NCBI GenBank assembly: GCA_016748015.1
Contig: JAAOMT010000289.1
Location: 693,639-757,638 of the forward strand
Length of the DNA: 64,000 bases
Direction: 5' to 3'
Source: Geosiphon pyriformis uo1
Lineage: Eukaryota > Fungi > Glomeromycota
The translations under genes were made by a program, and so were the position numbers. This document shows, one piece after another, positions 53,127-64,000 of the stretch; the stretch's first letter is position 1, and each line of letters starts with the position of its first letter. The notes below the pieces were generated by a model that saw only the letters and a list, made by a program, of their open reading frames with translations, had not been told where the DNA came from and did no database searches.

Positions 53127-56100
53127 GTCTACCATGTCTTTATATTCTTTTGATGGATTGATTTCTCGTTTTGTTGTCAATAATAATGATTGGTTCCAGA
53201 TCTTGTGGAATCTCCTCTGGTTGGACTAGTATTCTCTGTACTCCTAATTGTGGAATATTACTGGTGGAGGGTAATGTGGTGTTGTGATATGATTTTAGTC
53301 AATCTTCATGTACTGCTTTGGTTAAAATTTTGTTGTCCAGTCTTAATTTGTAAGCTCTATTTCCTAAAATTTTTTCTATGTGAAATGGTCCATCTTATTT
53401 GGGGTCAAATTTTCCACTCTATTGTTTTTCCACTTTGGTACAATATAAGAGTACTTTGTTTCTAATCTTGAATTCAACTGGTTTGTCTGTTAGTTGACTA
53501 TCATGTCTTTCTTTTTGTTTTTCTTGTGACTTCTGAATATTATCAGCTGCTCTTTTTTGTTTGTTTTCCAATGTTTTCATTAAGTCATATGTTCTTCTTA
53601 ACAATGTTTCTTGAAAATTCTCTTCTGTTATTGGTTCAATTGGATATGTGTTAACCTCTATCTCAACTGGTATTGTTGCTGTTCTACCATATACTAATTC
53701 AAATAGTGTTGCTTGTGTAGTATCTTGCTTCATTGTCCAATAAGCAAATAGTACTGATGGTATAAACAAATCCCATTCATCCTAGTTTTCTTGGCTGAGT
53801 TTGGCAATTGCTTCATACAATGTTCTATTAAATCTTTCAATTAGACCATTTGTTTGTGGATGATATGGTGATAATAGTGGCCTCTTAATTCCGAATCTCT
53901 GGCTTAATTCTGCTAATGTTTTATTCACAAAGTGGGTTTCTTGGTCTGATAATAGTTCTTTTGGACATTCATGTCAACAGATCAAATCTTAATAAACAAA
54001 TTCGGCAACAGATTCTGCATCTGCTCTTTGAATTGCTTTTGCTTCTGGCCATTTAGTGAGATAGTCTATGGCTACTGCAATATATCTGTTGCCTCCACTA
54101 GTAATTGTTAATGGTCTGACCAAGTCAATTCTAATACGATCAAATAGTTGTCCTACTTTGATTGGTCTTAATAGTTCATTGGGTTTTGTTCCTCCTTTTC
54201 TCTGACAAGCATCACAATTTTTAACATATTGGATGATGTCTGGATACATTGATGGCCAATAGTATCTCTTTCTGGTTTTTTTTATGATTGCTTCTTTATG
54301 AAAATGTCCTGCAGTTAGATCTGAGTGCATGTTAAACAGTATTGTCTCTTTTTCTGGTTCTGTAATTACTCTGGTTGGTTGATCTGAATCTTTTCTATTT
54401 TTCCAATAAAGTATATTTCGGTAAGTGATAAAATATTTGGATTGTTGTTTAATCCTCTTTTGTTCCAGTTGAGATAATTTTTCTTGAACTGTTGAGTATC
54501 TATATAATATTGAAGTTGTTAATATTTTTGTATGTTCATCTTTTGTTATATTTTTGTGAGTATTGTTTTGGTTTTGTTATATTTTTAGGTTGAAATGTTC
54601 TTAGATTTGTCTTATTCGTGACAGACCATCAGCATTTCCATTGTTTTTTCCTTTTTTATAATGTATAGTATAAGTATATGGCGAAAGTGCCATTTTTCAT
54701 CTTGACTGTCTTCTGTCTCCAAATTCTTGTTTTTGGAGTGATGTCAATTTTTTGTGATCTGTGTACATCTCAAACTTTTGGCTCAAGTATTCTTTCCATT
54801 TTATAACTGCCCAATATATTGCTAAGTGTTCTAGTTCCAGAGTTCCATAGTTCTTTTCAGCTGATGTTAAGCCTCTACTGGCATAAGCTACTGGATGTTC
54901 TCTTCTATCTGGTCCTCTCTGAGATAGTACTGCTCCCAATGCTTGGCCTGATGCATTGGTGGTGATGATGAATGGTTTGCTATGATCTGGATAAATCAAT
55001 ACTAGAGCTTGAATAAGCTTTCTTCTTAAGATGTCAAAAGCTTCTTGCTGGGTTTTAGTCAATTCATATTTTGTATTCTTGGTTTGGAGATGATTAAGTG
55101 GCTGAGATATCTTGGAAAAATCTTTGATAAAGCAGCAATAGTAGCCTGCAAATCCTAAGAATGATTTTAACTCAGTCATGTTGGTTGGTACTGAGAATTT
55201 CTTTACTATCTCTATCTTATTCAGATCCATCTTGATGCCATCTTTGCTGACTATATGTCCCAAGAATTTTAGTTCTGTTTTGCCAAAAAAACATTTGGTT
55301 GCATTTAACTTCAATTTTGCTCATCATAGTCTTTCGAATACTTGTTGGAGATAATGAAGATGATCATCAAATGTTTTTGAGAACATGTTGGTGTCATTCA
55401 GATAGACTACTACTGATTTCCATAATAAGTTGGTGTATACTATTTTCATTAGCCATTGGAATATGGCTGGAGCATTCATCAAACCAAATGACATGACTTC
55501 AAACTCAAAATTCCTTTCTCTTGTTGTGAAAGCCATCTTTTCTTTGTCTGCTGGATCCATAGCTACTTGCCAGTAACCACTGTTCAAGTCTAATGTTGAG
55601 AATTATTTGTTTCCACCAAAAGCATTAAATAATTTCTGAATTTGTGGAGTTGGGTAGCTGTTTCCATGAGTAATTTCATTGAGCTTTCTATAATCCACAC
55701 AAAAGCAAATCTTTCCATTTTTTTTCTGGATGAGTACTACTGGTGACGACCATGGGCTCATTGATGGCTGAATTAACCTGTTGTCAAGCATTCAATTGAT
55801 TTCTTGATGGATGATCTCATGGCTGGCTGGTGGTATTCTATATGCTTGTTGTTTAATTGGCATTGCATCTCCAGTCTTAATCTGGTGTTGGATGATCTTA
55901 GTTCTGCCAAATTCATTTTCACTGGCAAAGATGTTATTGAAATTGGCAAGCAACATTTTGAGCTGCATACATTGAAGTGGGTTTAAGTTTCCCATGTTTA
56001 TCTGTTCTAATTGTTCTGGTTGTAGCAGATAACATTTGTTTTATCTGTAGATTGTTTGTAATGTAATGTCTACATATCCACAAAGCTGTGGAAAATCTGA

Positions 56101-56429
56101 AATGCTGCTTGGTGTTTGATCTTCAATTTTCATGGTTAAATATTCAAGAGTGGTTCCTTCTGGTATCTCTACAACATTTTTAGTGTTGTTGTAAATGAAA
56201 ATTTTGATATGATTATGGCTCTTGGCTGGTATGTGTAGATTAATAAGTCCAATTTCTTCTGATTCATAAAGGCTTGCTTCTACTTCAAAAATTTGTGCTT
56301 GATCCCTCACCTTTCTTTCTATGACTACCATGTACTAGTTATATGGTGAAATGGAAATTGCTTGGCCAGTTGAGATAATTTCTCTTTGGTCAACAATTTT
56401 TTCTTTCACCATATTAACTGGTACATCTA

Positions 56430-56860
56430 TTCTATTTATTGATCTAAATCCCTGTATCCCTCTAGCTGTTATCCCTAATTCTTTCTTATTTTTTATTGAC
56501 ACTAACTGAGCTATTTTCACCAGAGGCAGGAATATTGCTTGTGTTATTCTTTTATTTGGCTCTATAACATAGGCCTTTTCTGAGTCATTTGTAACATAGC
56601 AATAATATTTTCTATGTATCCTGCGTCAATTATTCCTTCTCTGATGTTTATCCCTTTTTTTGCTAAACTACTCCAAGATGCTAGTTGAATCATTGTTGTT
56701 GCTGGGATTTCCAGCATTATTTTCAGATCAATGCAGGTGCACAAATGTGGTTCCAATTTGATGACATCTTTTCCTGAATATCTCAAGTCAAATCTGGCAT
56801 TAATATTATGCATGCATTTTGGCATAATACCTTCATTATTATTACTGAACCATTTCAGTT
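56430..56860 (-). pseudogene. Retroelement dUTPase domain (element C)
   Basis: ARFDLRY, WSSLAKKG, GIIDAGYIENI, ARGIQGFRS. Confidence 0.88.
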
Positions 56861-58073
56861 CTTGTTCCTTGGTGAGGTCAGGAAGCATGATATATTGTTC
56901 ATAATTTGAGTCGGAGTTTGAATCTGAGTTAATATTGTTGTCATTGTCATTGCCATTTTGAATGAAGCTGGAACCATTATTCTCATCATCATCATTGTCG
57001 GAGTTTGAATTGGGATCGAATGGTAATTTTGACTCTGATGTGCAGCTGCTGATTGGTTCTTCCTCTTTGGGGATTGTGTAGATCATGCATGATGGTGGAT
57101 TGTAAATAAGATCACAATCATTACAATATTCAAAGTCACTGGGAATTAAACAATGGTGACACAGTCTTGTATTCAACTGTGCTAGCCATTGTTTTTGCTC
57201 CTTTCTAGTGGGTGCCAAGTTTTGGTAGTGTTCATGGAACTCTTCTGGTTCCAGAAAATTTATGACTGGCTCTGTGTTCCAGTCAAGTTTGATGGATTCT
57301 GGTGGGTTGTTTTTAATTGTCCTAATTTCTTCTAGTGACGTGTCTTCAATTTTGGCAATTGCCATTTGCTATAATTTATTGTTGTCGTGTGGACAACTAT
57401 CCAATTGCTATACAGCTCTTCTCCAGGCGGCTTCTATTGGTGTCTCTTTCTTGACCCAGTCACTGATGAAGATTGTGTATTGGCAGGAAATATTGCATGT
57501 TTCCCCTCTTCCAGGAATGTTGTTCCATATTCTTTTGTCAAAAAGAGTTTCTCCACAGGCTAAACATGGTGTATTATCCCATTTTCTCACTCGTTTTGGT
57601 CTTCCAAAACATTCAACGAGGCATGTGTGACAATAGAACTTGGTTGCCATTTGATATTCTTCGTCATCACCACAACATGCACCCATTGACAACAATTTCT
57701 TGCTGCAATTGACGCACACTAGTTTGGGTTGGCAATAGGTGAATTGTTGTGGTATTGTGTGTTGATAGAAGATATATGGGTTTGTTGGCAGTGGCTCTTC
57801 TTCTTTTGCTTTTTCTTTCCCTTTGTTGCTTTCTTCTCATTTCCAGCTTGGTGTTGGTTTCCTTTCATCATTGTCAGTCCAAGTCAGGTTGTTTGTTTCT
57901 TAAGTAAGTTCCTCTCTTTGTTTTCCCTTGGGGTTGTTGTCCTACGATAGTATTGGTGGTAGCTCATGGTGGTCTTTGTTGTTGGTCTAAGTGTCAATAG
58001 TGGTTCTACAGGTAGGTTTTTTTCCTTGTTCCTTCTTTCCATTGTTATTGTCATCCCAGGTGAGTATTGGTAG

Positions 58074-58951
58074 TGTTATGGTTTAAGAATTTAGCAAAAA
58101 GAATCATAAAAATAATACAAACTATTTAATCATAATATAGCACAGTAATAATCTTAGAAAGGTAATGATTAACATAGTAGCAAACACCATCTCGCAATAG
58201 TGGCAAGCACCAGTTCACAATAGCAGCCAACACCAACTGGTGATAGTAGTAAACACCAGGTTAAAATATCAAAAAGAAAGTATTACAATATGTTTTCTCA
58301 TAGAACTACAAACATGTATATATACAGTAGTTTTAATATTGGGAAAAAAACAATCAAGTAATAAAAATCATAACTTATCAAGTAATAGATCCAATTTTAT
58401 CCAACAAACTTCACTTTAAATCATACTTTCAAATTAAATATCCCAAGAAACCTTTAAATCAAAAAGAAATGAAAAAGAATATTTAAAACTGAATTATTAC
58501 AACCTAAAGTATTAAGAAACTTACTTGTATTATTTATTGAATGAAACTATCATTCATCAACTGAATCTCTTAGAAGAATAATTCTTGATCAAGATTATTC
58601 ATGTTGTTATTAATTGATAAAAGCTTTATTGTAAGAATTAGAAAAAAAGCGCTAAAGACCATTAACATTCTGTGTTTCTAGATTAGAGAAACACATCAGA
58701 CAATTGCAAGGATAGCCTCAGAAAAGACCCCAAACAGTGGGTAGATTTCAGTTCAGCCTCTAAGAAGGAGTACATAAACACACACAACAATCAGGAATTG
58801 AAGAATAACTTACATCACAACATTAAAAAGAAAGCCTTCAGTATAACAGTGACATTATCACACAAATAGAATTAAGGAACTCACGAAAGACTGATTGCAA
58901 TTAAAACAGGATATCAGCAATTAAATATAACAAGAAAACCATCTCATAACA
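58074..58951 (+). mobile_element. Solo LTR of a further family inserted in element C (TSD GTAG/GCAG)
   Basis: TGTTATG..CATAACA termini, ~23-bp internal repeats and ATGTATATATACAG TATA. Element C coding sequence resumes on both sides. Confidence 0.85.
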
Positions 58952-61894
58952 GCAGCAGTTCATTGTGGTCGACATCAGCTCACAATACTTGGTATGCCTT
59001 CCAAGTAGGCTTTAGTTTTTTCTTCTCGAGATCGATAAGTGGCACTGATGTTGTAATGTTGTTAGGTTTGAAATGGCCACACGTTGCCAGTACTTGCATG
59101 TGTTGGCCATTTTGGCTGAGCTGGAGTTCCTGTATGGTCCAGTCGAGAATGGCATTGTTTTTAGACAACCAATCATTGCCCACTAGTGCTTAGTATTGGG
59201 TTGCTTCCATCACTAAGACTTTGATGAGAGTAATGATGCCATTAACTTCAATTGGAAGGTCATTAATTTCACCAATAGGCGTTTTCATGGTACCATCAGC
59301 AGTGATAATTCTAGTGCTGGCAGTTCGATCAACTCAGTAACCTAATTGATCCATGAGTTGTTGTGTAATGATGCTGCCTGCTGAACTACTGTTAAGAATT
59401 AACTTGATAGAGTGGCCATCAACTTTTGCATCAGTGTACATGGCAGTGATGGGTTTTTTTTCCAGAGCTGCTTCACTGAATAAAGGGATTAACATAACTT
59501 CCTTGAATTCAAATAAAAAGATGGCTGCCAAAGACTCGTCATTGGTGATGATTGCTGGTAGAATGTTGTTGGTAAGTATTGTTGGTTGTTGATCGAGTTC
59601 TGGATTGTTGGAAGTGATGTCTTCTGAAGTAACCAGGAGACTTAAATAGTTCTGGGAATTCAGGTTTTGGGTGGAACCGATACCCGAATTTCACTGACAA
59701 GATCCTGATTGTTGGCCTGATAAACTGAAGATTGGTTGATGAACAACTATCGCTAATTTTCAGTTTTGGGTGATTCTGAATTTCGGATTTCCTGACATCA
59801 TTATAGCTGAGTTTTGGTGTGGTGTTTGAACTTGTTGGGATTGATAAATTACTTGAGGCTGTAACTGATAAATGACTTGTGGCTGTGGTTGATAAATTGT
59901 TGGTGGCTGTGGCTGATAAATGGGCAGTTGATATATTGTTGGCTGATAAATTGGTTGCTACATTATAGGCAGATAAGCATTTTAATATTGCTCTTGATTG
60001 GATTGGTGATTTGAAGTCTGAAACTGGCGATCGGAGTTTCGATAATGATTTTCCGATTGTGAGTTGTTATAAATATGGCAGTTTGTCCTAATATGCCCTT
60101 GTTTACCACAGTTGTAACAGACACACATTTCTGGCTGTCATGACTGATTAGTGGATGATCCTGGACATGCTTGATTCTGAAAACAATTCATGTTTTCTAA
60201 ATCATTATGTCATTGGGGTGGCTAATAAATTGTATGATTGTCAGCTAAGTAGCCCTCTAATTTCTGATTGATGTTGTCACTGAATTGTTTTAGCTTGGAA
60301 TCCAGGTCAGATGATCTATTCATTACTAAATTCACAGCTTAGACATGGTTAGCTTCTAACTCGGCGGCTTCAAAATCTCTGGCATGAATCATGGCGGTTG
60401 GGAGATCAATTAGATGCATTGGACATACTCGCTGGAGGATGCTACTGCACAATCCTCAGATGAATTGGTTCAAGATCTGTGGCACTGTAAAGTAGTCAGC
60501 TTGGATTGTCTGAATTTGGTGCAGATTTCTATGGAAGCATCTCAAGTAAGTGGTGATTGCTTCTATGTCTCCTTGTTTGATGGTGGTGAAAGTACTTGCC
60601 AAGTGGTTGATGCTGTTGTTGTCACTAAAATACCTCAAAAATTCTAATTTGAAGGCATTAAAGTTTTGAGATTTCTGAACTAGACTGTAATACCAAGAGT
60701 CTGCCATGTCTTTGAGAAAATAGAGGATGATTTGCATGGTTCTGGCATTATCCCAGTTATTAGCAGTGATTGCTTTGGCGATGTTGTTAATCTAGGCTTG
60801 AGCATTGTCTTCTTTGCCAGTAAATTTCTTGAGTTTGGCTATTGGTGCATATGCCATTGGATCTAAGTTGGGTTGTGATGGTTGTTGAAGTGGTACTAGT
60901 AGCTGTTAGATCTGCTGATGTGGTTGTTGTAGTGGCTGGCCAATTGGTTCAACTGGTGGTGGGTTAATGACAATAACAGGTGGTAAGTCTGGTTGATTAA
61001 TTAGATTGGAGTTTTGATTGTTCTGATTTGGCGGTGGTTGAATATTTAGGGTTTTGATTTTTGGGTTTTCTAAATTTAAATTTTGCTGGGTTTGAAGATT
61101 CAGTGTTTTAACTTCTGGGTTTTCAGTAATCAGATTCTGGTAAGTAAATTCTTGATCTTCTGATTCTTCTTCCTCTTCTTCTTCAGATAGTTCTCACAGG
61201 GTAGTGGTTCCAAAGTCTGGTTGAAATGGCAGTGATCAAATTCCTGATAGTGTTGGTAATCGCAATTTAAATTCTTTAAAATATTTGCCATATGGTTCTA
61301 ATAACTCCACTTTCCTTTGTTTACTTTGGAATGGGAATCGTCCAAATGTTAATGTCACATTTGATGTGAACGCGCCTGTTGATAAAATGTTGATGGCACT
61401 TCCGGGTATATAGTGATAAGATAAATTGGTTGGTGATTCAACTCTTGTCTTTTTCCAAGTAGGTAGTTGTATTTTTCTGGGAGTTACTGTTGGTGTTTGT
61501 AGTTTTCCTTTGTTTTTATTAGTGTATGTAATTGGATATCTTTGTTGAGTGTGATGTTCAATTTTTTTGTTGATTTTAGTAATAATGGATGCGAAATTAT
61601 GATTTGTTGGTAGGTTGGTGTTTTAAATTAATTCTCTGTAGAAAGTTTCTCTTGCTGATTCAGTATTCACTAGTGTTCTTAACAAAGAAGAAATCTTTTC
61701 GTTGATGTAAAAATTAAAGACTGATTTAGCAGATATATGATTGTGGTTTAATCCCAAGTGTTGACAATAGTGTTGAAATAAGGATTTCACAAATCCTAAA
61801 TAGTTTGCTCCTATATTTTCTGATTCTGCCACTTTTGGATGATGTTTGTTGGTGCTGGTTCTCTGTAGAATTATACCTTACAGGGAGCACCAAA

Positions 61895-62749
61895 TGTTAC
61901 CAGTAATTATTTGGGGTCTCAGGTTAAATAACAAACCCGTAACTTGGTGCTCAAAAGCTACTCGTGTTATTGATAATATCTTTAAGTGGTTGGTATCTAA
62001 AGGTTTTCCAAATGAGTCCTTTGTATAATGAACAGAGATTCAATAGTTGTTTTATCTGTAGCTTCTCAGACTCGCAAGTCTGTCAATTTTTTTTTCGGCT
62101 TAGTGGCCGGCAATTTTTTGGTAAGTAATCCGTATCTTTTGTACGTGTTCTACCCACTTGTAGGGGTCTTTTATCAGGCAATTCTTGACATCAGTAATCA
62201 GCACTTTTAATTAACCAATTAGTGCACAACAATCAAATCAAAATAAAATAAAGAAAAAAAAATAAAATAAAAATAAAGAAAAAAAAAAATAAGCCAAGGT
62301 TATTTACAAGTTAGTATTCCGTTAATAGCCGTAATCAAGAACTATTGTTTTAATGTGATTAAGTATCAATTTCTATCAACATGGAGTGTTGATAGTGGAA
62401 TTAGGTTTGAGATACTAAATAGTTATTTATTATGTTTAGAAGGTTGTTTTGAAAATCTAAACTTGGAGGTCTCTTTTTTCAGCTTTTAATACTACTGTTA
62501 TATATACATAATTGAGATTTCTCAATTCTTTAATTCTTCATGACAGGAATCCTGAAATTTCTGGAATCCTGCAATTCTTTTGAGAGAAATCCTGGAATTC
62601 TGAAATTCTGCAATTCCTTATTGGGGAATCCTGAAATTCTTAGAATCCTGCAATTTCTGAGAAGAATCCTGGAATTTCATATTTACTACGTTTACTTCTG
62701 ATTGGCTAATAATTATGCTAATATTTTTTCTATATTTCTATGAGTAACA
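61895..62749 (-). repeat. 5' LTR of element C
   Basis: Adjacent to PBS and flanked by TSD ATGC. Confidence 0.93.
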
Positions 62750-62949
62750 ATGCTTTGTAATAACCAATGATATTTAGAATACTATGCTCTTAACATTCCT
62801 CTGCCAAATGAGAATGATAAAAATGAAATCGAATTTGGAGTATCTGAACTGGTAGAAGAACTATCAATCACCCCCATTTATCTTTTTAAAAATCAACCAC
62901 CCTTATAACTTAAATATTTCAACAACTATGGCCAAGGAATCAGACCAGA

Positions 62950-63337
62950 AAAAACACACGAGATTAATGCTGCATATGATCTAAGATACCCAGGAAAAGA
63001 TACTTTGGTTCTTCAACCAAAGTCCTTAACAAAAATCAATTTCAAAATTGCTCTTGAAATTCCACTTAAAGCAATGATTCAAATTGCATCCAGATTATCA
63101 TTGGCAAGCAAAGGAATCAACATTAAAGGAGGAATCATAGATGCAAAATATACTGAAAACATTACCATCATGTTGCAGAATAAAATAGACAAACTATTCA
63201 GGATTGAACATGCCAAAAAAATTGCCCAAGCAATTTATCTACTCTTAATCAACATTTTGGGTTTACAATCAGTTAACAACAGAGAACAATTGGGAAAAAG
63301 TGAAAGAAAAATGCAAGATTTTGGTTCAACTGGATGA
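62950..63337 (+). pseudogene. Retroelement dUTPase domain (element A)
   Basis: AAYDLRYP, RLSLASKG, GGIIDAKY, KIAQAI, RKMQDFGSTG. Confidence 0.88.
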
Positions 63338-64000
63338 TTTACAGTGCCAGTAAACATAACTCTCAATGCACAGAATGAATTCCACCAGATTCTTCAACTT
63401 CCCCAACCAATTACCATTTCACCTTTTGGAGAACATCAAGAAATTTACATTTGCTCAAAACCTACCACTACCCAACAAATCTTTGAGTCCAATGAACAAA
63501 TCTGTTTAAAGCATGAAATCTCAATCCCAAACGTTTATATTCCCAAAAGAATGAAAAAATTTTGAGTTACATTCTACAACCCCAATAATTACCCTATTGT
63601 CTTATTGAATAAATTAGAAATTGGAATCATATGCAGCAATATTTTCCAAGATGAAAATCCTCAAATTGTCTCTAATTTTATTGAAATTATAAAACATATA
63701 TTACTTTCAAATTCAAACATCATTTCTACTACCAAAAACTACCACTTTTTGGAAGAAAAACTCTCTCAAATCAACATGGGTCTCTTAAAACCCCAACAAC
63801 AAAGACAATTAAAACAGCTAATAGCTGAATTTGCAGATATATTTGCAAAAGACAACAATGATCTTGAAAAAACTAATATTGTTCAACACCAAATCTATAC
63901 AGAAGATGCTCTACCAAAACAATAATAAGCATATTGAATTCCATCTGCTAGCCACCAATTCATCAGAAAAGAAGTACAAAGAATGCTCAAAAATGGATTA

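Larger units (their letters stand above)
51598..62749 (-). mobile_element. Full-length dUTPase-bearing Ty3/Gypsy element C (TSD ATGC), mutationally inactivated
   Basis: LTRs 61895-62749 and 51598-52463, PBS TGGTGCTCCCTG, PPT 52464-52478. Same domain order as B; RT motif is YLND. Confidence 0.95.
36196..64000 (+). mobile_element. Ty3/Gypsy element A (host; runs off window end), interrupted at 36866-38077, 40014-49997 and 51598-62749
   Basis: 5' LTR 36196-38386 (TGTTATCA..TGGTAACA). PBS TGGTGCT at 38389. Gag with CCHC at ~39150-39910, protease ~50450-50800, Cys-rich domain 51020-51597 resuming at 62750, dUTPase ~62950-63337, RT start near 63900. The reading sense is continuous once the inserts are removed. 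Confidence 0.9.

Noticed and set aside
62550-62570. Perfect heat-shock element GAAATTTCTGGAA in LTR C
   Set aside because: Absent from the twin LTR and neighbouring repeat units; probably created by transitions.

Overview
Eukaryotic genomic DNA from an early-diverging fungus. Short introns, gene content and repeat families suggest Glomeromycotina, possibly Geosiphon; this is from recall and unverified. The left half (1-33.3 kb) carries intron-rich housekeeping genes: a partial OSH/OSBP gene, BRR2, CCT7, SEH1, UBA2 and mitochondrial HSP70/SSC1. It also has an unusual two-exon gene encoding PIP-box + KEN-like repeats + UBM + REV1 C-terminal domain with no polymerase or BRCT domain. Between the genes lie extremely AT-rich islands of decayed LINE-like elements. 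The right half (36.2-64 kb) is a nested stack of Ty3/Gypsy LTR retrotransposons with 4-bp TSDs. Host element A carries a solo LTR, a full-length element B (+) and a full-length element C (-), and C carries another solo LTR. These elements have an atypical architecture: N-extended Gag, protease, Cys-rich domain, dUTPase, dUTPase-like relic, RT, RNaseH, a possibly separately encoded integrase, and a conserved extra 3' ORF. All copies are inactivated by near-exclusive C>T/G>A hypermutation. Two 20-N gaps are flanked by assembly-overlap duplications. All coordinates and splice models were derived by hand; no searches were run.
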